A stretch of 24,000 bases of DNA from Pyrinomonadaceae bacterium (GCA_963700165.1 OY969475.1:2489969-2513968); one strand, 5' to 3'. Counted from the first letter of the stretch, positions 1-8,859 are shown. Notes: generated from the sequence alone by a model not told the origin. Made by a program: numbers and translations.

Positions 1-2235
1 GCTCTCGGCAACGCCTACATGACAGGCTATACATCCTCGTCAAATTTCCCGACGACGCCTCTGGCTTACGACACTTCAATTGACGGAGTCTACGATGCCT
101 TCGTCACCAAGCTCAACGCGAGCGGCTCGGCTTTGATTTACTCAACTTACATAGGCGGCAGCGGCAATGAGCGCGCGGATGGCCTCGCTTTAGACAGCGC
201 GGGCAAGGTGTATATCACGGGGCGCACCAATTCTGAGAATTTCCCGACGCCGCTCGGAAGCCTTGATCGAACATTCAACGGCGGACAATTCGATGGCTTC
301 GTGGCCGCGTTCGGCGTGAATGGTGACAGCATATTTTACTCGACCTATCTTGGAGGCGCGGGTAACGATAATGGCGATGATTCGGACTTTCTCTTTCGCC
401 GCGTCGGAGAAATCGCCGTTGACGGAAATGGTAACGCTTATGTGACAGGCTCTACGCAGTCCGGCAATTTTCCGACGATGAATCCCATACAGGCCGCGAA
501 CGGTGGCGGGACTTGCCCGTTCGGTCTCTCGCTCTGTCAGGATGTCTTCGTCACTAAGCTGAATCCAACCGGCGAGGCTCTGGTTTACTCGACCTATCTG
601 GGCGGCTCGGATTCTGACAGGGGCACGGACATCGTGGTTGATCTTGCGGGTAATGCTTATGTGACGGGCGAGGCAATCTCGACCGGCTTCCCGACGACGC
701 AGGGGGCATTCCAGACGACCTGTTCCATATCCAGTGGAGGCTTTGTCGCCAAGATAAATGCAGAAGGCGCGTTCGCTTATTCGAGTTGTCTGGGCGGCGG
801 GGGCAGCATCAATCTGGGAGGCAATGGCTTGCGTATCGCTGTGGATACGACCGGGCACGCATACGTTACCGGAGACACAAGCTCTTTCACTTTTCCGACA
901 ACGCCCGGAGCTTTTCAGCCGGCGAAAGCGGGCGACATAGATGCATTTGTCACCAAAGTAAATCCGAGTGGCTCTGCGCTTGTCTTCTCCACGTATCTGG
1001 GCGGGCTTGATGACGAGTACAGCGGCGGCATTCAGGTTGACAACGCGGGCAATGTTTATGTTTCAGGAGGGACTACCTCTGGCGGGAGTTTTCCGATTCT
1101 CAACCCGCTGGTCCAATATAATCCGAACGCGACGCGCGATGTGTTCGTGACGGTCTTCAATCCGACCGGCAATGCGCTCGTTTATTCGACGGGTCTCGGC
1201 GGCGGCAGGAACGAGAGATCCAATGACCTCGACCTTGATCGCGCGGGCAACGTTTACGCGGCAGGCGAGACCACCGGGATTGTGGGCGCCGGAAGTTTCC
1301 CGACGACTGCGGGAGCGGCGCAAACCACTTATGGCGGGGGCGCGACCGATGGCTTCGTTTTCAAAATCGGTAATGCGTTGGTGGCGGGTCGCCGGACGCA
1401 GTTCGATTTCGACGGCGATGACAAAACAGACCTGGCCGTCTGGCGTCCCGGCGGGGCTACATGGTACATCCGCCAGAGTTTTAATAGTGCTTTGCAGACG
1501 CGGCAGTTCGGCTTGAGCAGCGACGTGCCCGTCGCAGGTGATTATGACGGCGACGGCCATACGGACACGGCTGTCTTTCGTCCATCAAACGGCGCTTGGT
1601 ACATCATGCAAAGCCTGCAAAACACTTTGAAGGCTCAGCAGTTCGGGACGAGCGGCGATGTCCCTGTGCCTGCGGATTATGACGGCGACGGCAGCACGGA
1701 CATCGGCGTTTATCGTCCATCGAACGGCACTTGGTATATCCTGCACAGCCTGACTAATAATTTTCGTGCGGAAAATTTTGGGGCGAGCGCAGACCTGCCC
1801 GTGCCTGCGGATTTTGATGGAGACGGCAAAGCAGACCTCGCGGTCTTTCGACCGGGCGAAGGCAACTGGTATATCAAGCAGAGCCTCGACGGAGCTTTTC
1901 GCGCGGAGCATTTCGGCGCGAGCGGAGACAGGCCACTCCCTAGAGACTATGACGGCGACGGCAAAGCGGACATCACAGTCTTTCGACCGGACAATGGCAC
2001 CTGGTACATCCTGAACTCGGCGACAACCGGGCCGGTTTTCACAGCGCGGCAATGGGGTCTCAGCACAGACTTGCCAGCACCCGGAGATTACAACGGAGAT
2101 GGGACGACTGACCTCGCGGTCTTCCGCCCAACTAACGGCTTCTGGTATATCCTGAACTTGGTCGAAGGCACCTTCCGCGCAGAGCAGTTCGGACAGAGCG
2201 GCGACCTGCCCGTGCCGGGCGCGCTCATTCCTTGA
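1..2235 (+). CDS. Secreted repeat protein, 5'-truncated by the window edge: SBBP-type beta-propeller repeats followed by six FG-GAP/VCBS-like repeats
   Basis: Frame 1 is open from nt 1 (ALGNAYMTG...), so the listed ATG at 19 is internal. N-terminal part has recurring G-NAYVTG-T-S-NFPTT and DAFVTKLN-SGSALVYSTYLGG units typical of SBBP beta-propeller repeats. C-terminal part has six ~60-aa units, DYDGDGKTDLAVFRP-NG-WYI....FG-SGD-PVP (FG-GAP/VCBS-like). Confidence 0.8.
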   Translation, partial: ALGNAYMTGYTSSSNFPTTPLAYDTSIDGVYDAFVTKLNASGSALIYSTYIGGSGNERADGLALDSAGKVYITGRTNSENFPTPLGSLDRTFNGGQFDGFVAAFGVNGDSIFYSTYLGGAGNDNGDDSDFLFRRVGEIAVDGNGNAYVTGSTQSGNFPTMNPIQAANGGGTCPFGLSLCQDVFVTKLNPTGEALVYSTYLGGSDSDRGTDIVVDLAGNAYVTGEAISTGFPTTQGAFQTTCSISSGGFVAKINAEGAFAYSSCLGGGGSINLGGNGLRIAVDTTGHAYVTGDTSSFTFPTTPGAFQPAKAGDIDAFVTKVNPSGSALVFSTYLGGLDDEYSGGIQVDNAGNVYVSGGTTSGGSFPILNPLVQYNPNATRDVFVTVFNPTGNALVYSTGLGGGRNERSNDLDLDRAGNVYAAGETTGIVGAGSFPTTAGAAQTTYGGGATDGFVFKIGNALVAGRRTQFDFDGDDKTDLAVWRPGGATWYIRQSFNSALQTRQFGLSSDVPVAGDYDGDGHTDTAVFRPSNGAWYIMQSLQNTLKAQQFGTSGDVPVPADYDGDGSTDIGVYRPSNGTWYILHSLTNNFRAENFGASADLPVPADFDGDGKADLAVFRPGEGNWYIKQSLDGAFRAEHFGASGDRPLPRDYDGDGKADITVFRPDNGTWYILNSATTGPVFTARQWGLSTDLPAPGDYNGDGTTDLAVFRPTNGFWYILNLVEGTFRAEQFGQSGDLPVPGALIP

Positions 2236-2267
2236 CGAAGCACCTGCTGAACTGAGGCTCACACATG

Positions 2268-2294
2268 AAAGGCCGCTCACCATGAGCGGCCTTT
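2268..2294 (+). terminator. Rho-independent terminator candidate after the repeat-protein gene
   Basis: 11-bp perfect GC-rich stem aaaggccgctc / gagcggccttt with a 5-nt loop, starting 33 nt after the stop codon. The following T tract (ctactttcc) is weak. Confidence 0.55.
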
Positions 2295-2320
2295 CTACTT
2301 TCCGCCTAATGTGATTGTAA

Positions 2321-2495
2321 GTAGTGGTTCAGTTTGAAATGCTGTTGAATATCCACGATGACGAAAGAATCTCGCGCAAAGACGCAAAGGCGCAAAGAAA
2401 GCCGCAAAGATAAAGCATGGCTCAACCCCTTTGCGTCTTTGCGCCACCAGCGCGAACCTGTTTTTTCTTTGCTCTGTTTGAAACTGATCCACTAC
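2321..2495 (+). mobile_element. MITE-like fold-back element, copy A (GTAGTGG...CCACTAC family)
   Basis: 19-bp terminal inverted repeats: GTAGTGGTTCAGTTTGAAA on the left, and GTAGTGGATCAGTTTCAAA as the reverse complement of the right end. Internal arms of GCGCAAAG / CTTTGCGC repeats. Two more full-length copies lie at 6485-6657 and 15225-15397. It has no coding capacity. Confidence 0.65.
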
Positions 2496-2622
2496 TAAGT
2501 TCCGATATAGTTTGGCTCTCACTCTTCTTTGCTGTTATCTTTGGAAACCGCACGCGAGTCCCGGTTTTTATTGCTTTATCGTTCTCTCACAAAGCTCATA
2601 GGTTCAGACGAGGAACTTACAG

Positions 2623-5034
2623 ATGCCCGTTCCGCCTCCCGAAGTTTTCATCTCATATTCCAGTGTGGATAAGAGCTATAAAAACGCTCTCCTCAAGCAG
2701 CTTACAGTCCTTGAGCAACAGGACGTGATTTCCAACTGGCATGACGGACTGCTCGTGCCGGGACAGCAATGGAACGAAGAGATCGTCGGGCATTTGAAAT
2801 CCTCCCGCGTGATTCTGTTGCTCATCAGCCCTGACTTTCTGATTTCCGGTTACGTCAATAACGTCGAGCTAAAACTCGCTGCCGACAGGCACAAGGCGAA
2901 AGAGCTTTGTGTGATTCCCGTGCTGGTGCGCAACACCAACGGCTGGAAGGGGCACGCATTCGGCAGCCTCAAACTCGGCGACCTGCAAGCCGTGCCTGCT
3001 AACGAGAAATTTATTAAAGATTCGACTAATCGGGACAAAGCTTATGCCGAAGTCGCGCAAGGGATTCAGCGCGCTGTGGAAGAATTGAAAGTTGCCGCCG
3101 CAGAATCTCTACTGCCCGAAAACCTCCCGCCCCCGCCGGAAGTGGATTTCGTATCCCGCGAAGGAAGAGACGGGCGCGACATCATAGAGCGATTAAAAGA
3201 AGACCTCAGCCCGAACAGCCCGCGCCTCCTCGCGCTGGTCGGAGACGGCGGAGTCGGTAAGACCACCCTCGCCGCCGAAGCCGTGCGCGCTCTGGCAAAC
3301 AACTTCGCGGGACGCATCGTGTGGGCCAGCGCGGAGAAGCGCGCGGACTTTACCTTCTCCACGCTGCTCGACGAGATTGCCGCCCAGTTGGGCGAGAGAG
3401 AGCTATCCAAACTTGCCCTTGAGCATAAAGAGACAGCAGTGCGCCTCTTGATTGCTGCTGATGCGACGCTCATCGTGCTGGACAACTTTGAAACCGTCTC
3501 GACCGGCGAGCAACAAACAGCCTGCACAAAGTTTCTCGCCTCCGCGCAATGTCCCGCCCTGATTACGACGCGGCAGCGCGTTGACGGCGCACGTCCCCTC
3601 TATGTTGACGCGATGAAGCCCGCAGAGGCGCAAGAGTTTTTGGAAAAATTAACAGGGCAGATGCAAGACCCGGCAGTTTTCACTGACGAAGTTCGCCAGC
3701 GCATCATCGAGACGGCGGACGCGCGCCCTTACGTGATGCAATGGGTAGCCGCGCAGATTGACACGGAAGCACAGGAGCCGGATGTAATTCTGGAAGAACT
3801 CTCCCACGGCAGAGGCGACGCCGCCGAGCGCGTCTTTGACCGCTCCTACAATCTTCCGCAACTGGGAGACGACGGGCGAGCCGCACTGCTTGCCCTCTCG
3901 CTCTTTGTCCCAAGCGCGACCCGCGAGGCACTGGCCGCAGTCGCCGGATTCGAGAATGATTTAGAGCGAGTCAACGAAGCGGTCACTAGCTTGCGCTCAC
4001 TCCTGTTACTCAAGGGAAAGGAAGGCAACAAGCGTCTAGCCACCGAAGGCTTAACTCGCAGTTTGGCGCAAGCAAGTTTGGCCAAAGACGACCGCGCCGA
4101 TGTGTTCCACCAGCGATTCGTCGCATACTTTCTGAATTACGCCGAGGCGCACGCACAGCCGACGCCTGAAGATTTCGATGCGCTTGAGGGAGAAAAAGAC
4201 AACGTGCTGAGTGCGATGGATGAGGCGTTCGAGCTAAGTAATTGGTTAAGTGTTATTCGGTTAATGGGGGCGATTAACTTTGATGGCGTGAACGGATTTT
4301 TGACAACACGTGGCTACTGGGACGAAGCGGTAAGCAAGGGCAAGCAGGGGTTAGATGCAGCGAAGATTGTCAGTAGTGAATGGCACATTGCTGCGTTCGC
4401 TAATGGACTCGGAGCGATGTTTTCAAATCGTGGAGACTATTCAGCGGCGAAAAAATATTATGAGTTGGCTCTAGAGATTGCTAGACGATTAGATATAAAA
4501 CAAGGATTATCTGCGACTTTACATGAGTTGGGGAGACTTGCCAAAGCTAAAGGAGAATTGGAAGAAGCGCGGAGACTCTATAATGAGAGTTTGGAGATTG
4601 AAAAGATGCTTGGAAATCAGAGCGGCATTGCTGGCTCGCTGCATGAGTTGGGGAGGCTTGCGCAAGCTCAAGGCGAGATAGCCGAGGCACAACGACTCTA
4701 TGATGAGAGCTTGAAGATTAAAAAGGAGCTTGGCAATCAGAGTGGTATCGCTATGACGCTAGGTCAGTTAGGTAATATGGCCTGTAGTCAAGGGTATTTA
4801 GAAGAAGCGCGGAGACTCTATAATGAGAGTTTGGAGATTACAAAGATGCTTGGCGATCAGAGCAGCATCGCTGGCTCGCTGCATAATTTGGGAATGCTGG
4901 CAGAGCTAGAGGACAATAAATCGGAAGCAGTGCGGCTGTATCGTGAGTCGTTAATTATCTTTGAGAGGCTTGGCTCGCCGTATGCGGAGATTGCACGCCA
5001 GAACTTGGCGCGGGTGGAGGGGGAATCTTCCTGA
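2623..5034 (+). CDS. TIR - NB-ARC (STAND P-loop NTPase) - TPR repeat protein; bacterial NLR-like/Avs-like candidate immune protein
   Basis: GAGGAA Shine-Dalgarno 7 nt upstream of the ATG. N-terminus VFISYSSVD...ILLLISPDFLISGYVNNVELKLA matches a TIR_2-type fold with a Glu at the usual catalytic position (codon at 2866-2868). Walker A is LVGDGGVGKTTLA (3241-3267), Walker B is LIVLDNFE (3469-3492), followed by ALITTRQR (RNBS-B-like). The C-terminus has five 40-aa TPR_12-like units, LHELGRLAQAQGE..EA.RLY.ESL.I.K.LGNQSGIA. Confidence 0.85.
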   Translation: MPVPPPEVFISYSSVDKSYKNALLKQLTVLEQQDVISNWHDGLLVPGQQWNEEIVGHLKSSRVILLLISPDFLISGYVNNVELKLAADRHKAKELCVIPVLVRNTNGWKGHAFGSLKLGDLQAVPANEKFIKDSTNRDKAYAEVAQGIQRAVEELKVAAAESLLPENLPPPPEVDFVSREGRDGRDIIERLKEDLSPNSPRLLALVGDGGVGKTTLAAEAVRALANNFAGRIVWASAEKRADFTFSTLLDEIAAQLGERELSKLALEHKETAVRLLIAADATLIVLDNFETVSTGEQQTACTKFLASAQCPALITTRQRVDGARPLYVDAMKPAEAQEFLEKLTGQMQDPAVFTDEVRQRIIETADARPYVMQWVAAQIDTEAQEPDVILEELSHGRGDAAERVFDRSYNLPQLGDDGRAALLALSLFVPSATREALAAVAGFENDLERVNEAVTSLRSLLLLKGKEGNKRLATEGLTRSLAQASLAKDDRADVFHQRFVAYFLNYAEAHAQPTPEDFDALEGEKDNVLSAMDEAFELSNWLSVIRLMGAINFDGVNGFLTTRGYWDEAVSKGKQGLDAAKIVSSEWHIAAFANGLGAMFSNRGDYSAAKKYYELALEIARRLDIKQGLSATLHELGRLAKAKGELEEARRLYNESLEIEKMLGNQSGIAGSLHELGRLAQAQGEIAEAQRLYDESLKIKKELGNQSGIAMTLGQLGNMACSQGYLEEARRLYNESLEITKMLGDQSSIAGSLHNLGMLAELEDNKSEAVRLYRESLIIFERLGSPYAEIARQNLARVEGESS
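4387..4986 (+). repeat. Intragenic tandem repeat: five 120-bp (40-aa) TPR-like units within the TIR-STAND gene
   Basis: 4561-4599 is identical to 4801-4839 (39/39 nt). About 78/85 nt are identical over 4561-4645 vs 4801-4885, at an offset of exactly 240 bp. The region looks more A/T-rich than the rest of the gene. Confidence 0.85.
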
Positions 5035-5070
5035 GATGTGTTGTTTTGCTCAGATATTTTGAGGATTCCG

Positions 5071-5111
5071 GCAGGCAGTTTTATGTTAGCAGCAATGCTG
5101 CCTGCTTTGTT
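5071..5111 (+). terminator. Possible intrinsic terminator after the TIR-STAND gene
   Basis: Stem gcaggcag (5071-5078) / ctgcctgc (5098-5105), with an alternative inner stem gcagc-aat-gctgc, followed by tttgtt. The loop is long, so the call is weak. Confidence 0.3.
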
Positions 5112-5295
5112 GGCGCAGTGTCCGATGAAATCGGCAGGCTTGCCGGGAAGGTCGGCGGACGTGCCGATTGCGGAATAGAATCAAGTCATCTTCACCTCCG
5201 CAATCCGAAATCCGCAGTCCGTAATCCCTTGTCCCGCTACTGTAGGCGGTTCTGACTTTTCCCTTTTTTGTGCGTGCCATTTATGATGCCTGCCT

Positions 5296-6501
5296 GTGAT
5301 TGAAGAGTTGAATTTGATGATCGTGGCGGGCGAGGCTTCGGGTGATGCTCATGCGGCGTCGCTGGTGGGGGCGTTGCGCGAGCGTGCGCCGCAGGTTGAG
5401 TTTAAGTTCTTTGGCTCGACGGGGCAAAAGATGCGTGGGGCGGGTGTGGAGTCTGTCGTGCGCGCGGACGAGTTGGCGATTATGGGTATCGTCGAGGTGG
5501 GAAAGGTGTTGCCGAAGTTCTGGCGCGCTTTTCGGGAATTGAAGCGCGCGGCGATTGAGCGTGAGCCGGATGCTGTGATTCTGGTTGACTGGCCTGAGTT
5601 TAATTTGCGGCTCGCACGCGCGCTGCACCGGAGGGGGCTTCGCGTCGTGTATTACATCAGCCCGCAGTTGTGGGCCTGGCGTTCTTACCGCGTGCGCAAC
5701 ATTCGTCGCGACGTAGACCAGTTGCTCTGCATTCTTCCCTTCGAGCCTGCGTGGTACGTTGAGCGCGGTATCACGCACGCGGAGTTTGTGGGCCACCCGC
5801 TCGCGGGCGAAGTTCATGCGCTGGACGACCGCGAGGAATTTTGCGCGCGTCATGATCTAGATTCAAAGAGGCCGATCATCGCGCTGCTGCCCGGCAGCCG
5901 TCATAAAGAGATTGAGCGCATCCTGCCGCCGATGCTCGATGCGGCGGCGATTGTGTCCGCCCAAAAACCTGACATCCAGTTCGTCCTCGCGCTCGCGCCT
6001 AACCGGCCTGTGGAAGAAGCCGAAGCAATCATCTCTGCCAAAAGCAGTGAATCGAGATTGCCGGAAGCTTTGCGCATCGTGCACCACGAGACGCGCGAAG
6101 CTCTCGCAGCGGCGGATGCGGCAGCCGTCGCCAGCGGCACGGCGACGCTCGAAGCCGCGCTCGTAGGGACGCCTTTCGTCATCGTCTACAAAGAATCTGC
6201 TATCAACTGGCACACGCTCGGTCGCCTGATTAACGCAGAACACTTTGGCCTCATCAACCTCATCGCAGGCGAGCGGCTGGTGACAGAGTTGATGCAACAC
6301 GATTTGACGGGAGAGAAGCTGGCGAAGGAATTGCTGTCGCTGCTTGACAGGCAACGTAACGAAGCCTTGCGCATGCGGCTCCGCGAAGCGACCGCCAAAC
6401 TCGGCGCGGGAGGCGCATCACTGCGCGCAGCCGATGCGATTCTCGGCAAGGTTCAAGAGTGGAGACAGGATAAGACAAAGCATGGTAGTGGTGCAGTTTG
6501 A
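5296..6501 (+). CDS. lpxB: Lipid-A-disaccharide synthase
   Basis: Collinear similarity to E. coli LpxB from memory: VAGEASGD, ELAIMGIVEV, VDWPEFNL, YYISPQLWAWR, ILPFE, GHPL, LLPGSR, ASGTATLE. Start is GTG at 5296, with an alternative ATG at 5317. The last five codons and the stop lie inside repeat copy B. Confidence 0.9.
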   Translation: MIEELNLMIVAGEASGDAHAASLVGALRERAPQVEFKFFGSTGQKMRGAGVESVVRADELAIMGIVEVGKVLPKFWRAFRELKRAAIEREPDAVILVDWPEFNLRLARALHRRGLRVVYYISPQLWAWRSYRVRNIRRDVDQLLCILPFEPAWYVERGITHAEFVGHPLAGEVHALDDREEFCARHDLDSKRPIIALLPGSRHKEIERILPPMLDAAAIVSAQKPDIQFVLALAPNRPVEEAEAIISAKSSESRLPEALRIVHHETREALAAADAAAVASGTATLEAALVGTPFVIVYKESAINWHTLGRLINAEHFGLINLIAGERLVTELMQHDLTGEKLAKELLSLLDRQRNEALRMRLREATAKLGAGGASLRAADAILGKVQEWRQDKTKHGSGAV

Positions 6502-6657
6502 AATTCTGATGCCTATCCATCATCACGAAGAAACTCGCGCAAAGGCGCAAAGGCGCAAAGGGATTGAGAGATGCTTAATCGGTCGTGCTTGCTTTGCGTC
6601 TTTGCGCCTTTGCGGGAACCTGTTTTTTCTTTTCCATCTTTGTAACTGACCCACTAC
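6485..6657 (+). mobile_element. MITE-like fold-back element, copy B (same orientation as copy A)
   Basis: Termini GTAGTGGTGCAGTTTGAAA ... CTTTGTAACTGACCCACTAC. Internal GCGCAAAGGCGCAAAGGCGCAAAG / CTTTGCGTCTTTGCGCCTTTGCG arms. Overlaps the 3' end of lpxB and ends 30 nt before the kinase start codon. Confidence 0.65.
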
Positions 6658-6686
6658 CGTTTGAGGTGTAGAATAGAAATCCACAG

Positions 6687-8699
6687 ATGGCGGAACCAGA
6701 GCGCAAACTCGGCCCCTACACACTCGTCAGCAAGATCGGGCGCGGCGCTTTCGGCGTCGTCTGGCTCGCCGAAAAACGCTCCTCCATCGCCACTACCCGC
6801 TTCGCTCTCAAACTCCCACGCGACGAAGACATAGACCTGGACGCCTTCAAACACGAAGCCGCCATCTGGCTACAGGCCAGCGGACACCCGAACGTCGTCC
6901 CCATGATCGAGGCGGACATTTACGATGAGCAGGTTGTCATCGTCAGCGAGTACGTGACGGACGGGTCATTGGCCTCATGGCTCAAAGGGCACGGAGGCCG
7001 CGCGCCTTCGATTGAAGCGGCCACAGAGTTGATGGACGGCGTGCTGGCCGGACTCTCTCACCTGCATGAGCGGCATATCATTCACCGCGACCTCAAGCCT
7101 GACAACATCCTCTTGCAAAGAGAGACGCCGCGCCTCGCCGATTTCGGCATCGCGCGCTTGCTCAAATCCGGCTCGTACAGCACGAACGTCAGCGGGACGC
7201 TGGCTTATATGGCTCCCGAAGCCTTTGACGGAAAGCGTAACGAGCAGACGGACGTGTGGTCTGCGGGCGTCATCTTCTATCAACTGCTGGCGGGACGCTT
7301 GCCTTACGACCAGAGCGATACTGTCTCGTTCGTCGGCGCGATTATGCGACACGACCCGCCGCCATTGCCGGAGACTGTGCCCGAAGTCTTGCGACAGATA
7401 GTGATGAAGGCTTTAGAGCGAGAGGCTGCGAAGCGTTATGCGACGGCGAAGGAGATGCGAAGAGATTTGATTGAGGCCGAGCGGCTGCTGTGGTTGAAAG
7501 CGCGCGAAGGGCGAGAAGCCCTGCCCGTACCGGTCAAAGACCCGCAAGCCACGCTCGTGCTTCCTCCCGCAGAGGATAGGAAAGCGCAGACCAAGCCTGC
7601 AATCGAACTACCACCGACTATTCCAGCGACACCTCAGAGAGAGACAGACCGCACGGCGGAAAAGACTATCCCGCAATCTACTTTTCCGCTTGAGTTGCAG
7701 ACCGCCCAGACGATTGAGCCGACGCACGAAGAAGACAGCGCGCCATCGCCTGTCATTCCGGTGAAAGCACGCTCGCGCAGCCGTCTATGGCTGAGACGCA
7801 TCGGTGGCGTTTTGCTTTTGTGGATTCTCATCGCGGCGGGAATTTATCTGTGGATGACGAGAGACTATGCGAAGCAGACGTTAAGCGGACATACGTGGAT
7901 AGTCAATTGTGTTGTCTTCTCGCCCGACGGCAAGTTGCTGGCGAGCGCGAGTACTCAGGAGATAAACTTTTGGGATGCACAAACAGGTGCGTTGAAGCAG
8001 ACCTTAAAGGTCTCTGGCAGCAGGTATGAGTCAATCGCCTTCTCGCCCGACGGGAAATTGCTGGCAAGCGCAAGTACGGACGGGTTACGCTTGTGGGATG
8101 TGCAGACAGGGGAATTGAAGCAGACCTTAACCGGCGCCGGGTTAATATCGGTCGCCTTCTCGCCGGATGGGAAGACGCTGGCGAGCGGGAATGAGGGCTA
8201 CTTCAGGACGGTGAAACTGTGGGATGTGCAAACAGGCGCGTTGAAGCAGACCTTGAACGGGTCTAATCCAGTCGCCTTCTCGCCCGACGGGAAGTTGCTG
8301 GCGTATGTGGGGGAAGGCATCACGCTATGGGATGTGCAAACAGGCGAGTTGAAGCAGACCTTGAGCGGGGGTGAACCATTCGCCTTCTCACCGGACGGGA
8401 AGATGCTGGCGTGCAGGGCTGGCGAGTTGGTGAAAGTGTGGGAGGTGCAAACCGGTGAGCTGAAGCAGACCTTAACTGATTTGAGGATCGCTTCGGTCGC
8501 CTTCTCGCCGGATGGGAAGACGCTGGCGTGCGGGAGTTGGGACAAGACTGTGAAGCTATGGGACATACAATCCATCGCGTTGAAGCAGACCTTGATCGGG
8601 CATCGGTCTCAGGTGAATTCGGTCGCCTTCTCGCCGGACGGGAAAACACTGGCGAGCGCGGGTGAGGACGAGAAAGTGAGGCTGTGGCACGTCGAATAA
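6687..8699 (+). CDS. Hanks-type Ser/Thr protein kinase - single TM helix - seven-blade WD40 repeat protein
   Basis: Kinase motifs GRGAFGVVWLA, ALK, HRDLKPDNILL (7083-7106), DFG, APE. Pro-rich linker. Hydrophobic helix IGGVLLLWILIAAGIYLWM (~7800-7856), preceded by RSRSRLWLRR. Then seven VAFSPDGK-LAS....LWDVQTGELKQTL units. Confidence 0.9.
   Translation: MAEPERKLGPYTLVSKIGRGAFGVVWLAEKRSSIATTRFALKLPRDEDIDLDAFKHEAAIWLQASGHPNVVPMIEADIYDEQVVIVSEYVTDGSLASWLKGHGGRAPSIEAATELMDGVLAGLSHLHERHIIHRDLKPDNILLQRETPRLADFGIARLLKSGSYSTNVSGTLAYMAPEAFDGKRNEQTDVWSAGVIFYQLLAGRLPYDQSDTVSFVGAIMRHDPPPLPETVPEVLRQIVMKALEREAAKRYATAKEMRRDLIEAERLLWLKAREGREALPVPVKDPQATLVLPPAEDRKAQTKPAIELPPTIPATPQRETDRTAEKTIPQSTFPLELQTAQTIEPTHEEDSAPSPVIPVKARSRSRLWLRRIGGVLLLWILIAAGIYLWMTRDYAKQTLSGHTWIVNCVVFSPDGKLLASASTQEINFWDAQTGALKQTLKVSGSRYESIAFSPDGKLLASASTDGLRLWDVQTGELKQTLTGAGLISVAFSPDGKTLASGNEGYFRTVKLWDVQTGALKQTLNGSNPVAFSPDGKLLAYVGEGITLWDVQTGELKQTLSGGEPFAFSPDGKMLACRAGELVKVWEVQTGELKQTLTDLRIASVAFSPDGKTLACGSWDKTVKLWDIQSIALKQTLIGHRSQVNSVAFSPDGKTLASAGEDEKVRLWHVE
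7881..8696 (+). repeat. Intragenic WD40 repeat array with high internal DNA conservation (seven units of 35-42 codons)
   Basis: gtcgccttctcgcc(c/g)ga(c/t)gggaag..ctggcg recurs seven times, and tgggatgtgca(a/g)acagg.g.gttgaagcagacctt recurs five to six times. Differences and indels fall in the segments between these blocks. Confidence 0.85.
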
Positions 8700-8763
8700 A
8701 CCGTACCCGCTCAAGAGCAGACCAGCCGAAGTGATAAGGATAGCAACAAATCAACTGCTTTTT

Positions 8764-8859
8764 CTTTGCGTGCTTGGCGTCTTAATTCTTTGCGGTCTTT
8801 GCGTTAAAATCACTTAACCGCAAAGACCGCAAGGAAGAACTGCGCAAAGCTCGCAAAGA
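8764..8859. repeat. CTTTGCG-type palindromic element between the convergent kinase and lpxD genes; probable bidirectional terminator
   Basis: Inner stem ctttgcggtctttgcg (8788-8803) / cgcaaagaccgcaagg (8819-8834), 15/16 complementary. Weaker outer arms at 8764-8781 / 8841-8859. Shares the CTTTGCG motif with the MITE-like family but lacks the GTAGTGG termini. Confidence 0.55.

Noticed and set aside
2295-2728. ORFs 2295-2522(-) and 2417-2728(+) from the six-frame track
   Set aside because: They lie almost entirely within MITE-like copy A. Their peptides (FAPLRLCAR..., LCVFAPPAR...) are translations of the CTTTGCGC repeats, and equivalent pseudo-ORFs appear at copy B (6344-6649, 6523-6723). These are repeat artefacts, not genes.
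5046-5280. Small ORFs 5046-5255(+) and 5086-5280(-) in the gap between the TIR-STAND gene and lpxB, and the short aatccg-type repeat at ~5200-5232
   Set aside because: The two ORFs overlap each other on opposite strands, have no ribosome-binding site or motif, and cover a terminator-like hairpin. The aatccg repeat is too short (about three units) to call as a feature.
8198-8754. Minus-strand ORFs 8198-8575 and 8320-8754
   Set aside because: They are antisense shadows of the WD40 repeat array. Their periodic, low-complexity peptides mirror the plus-strand repeats, and the plus strand has clear kinase-WD40 homology.
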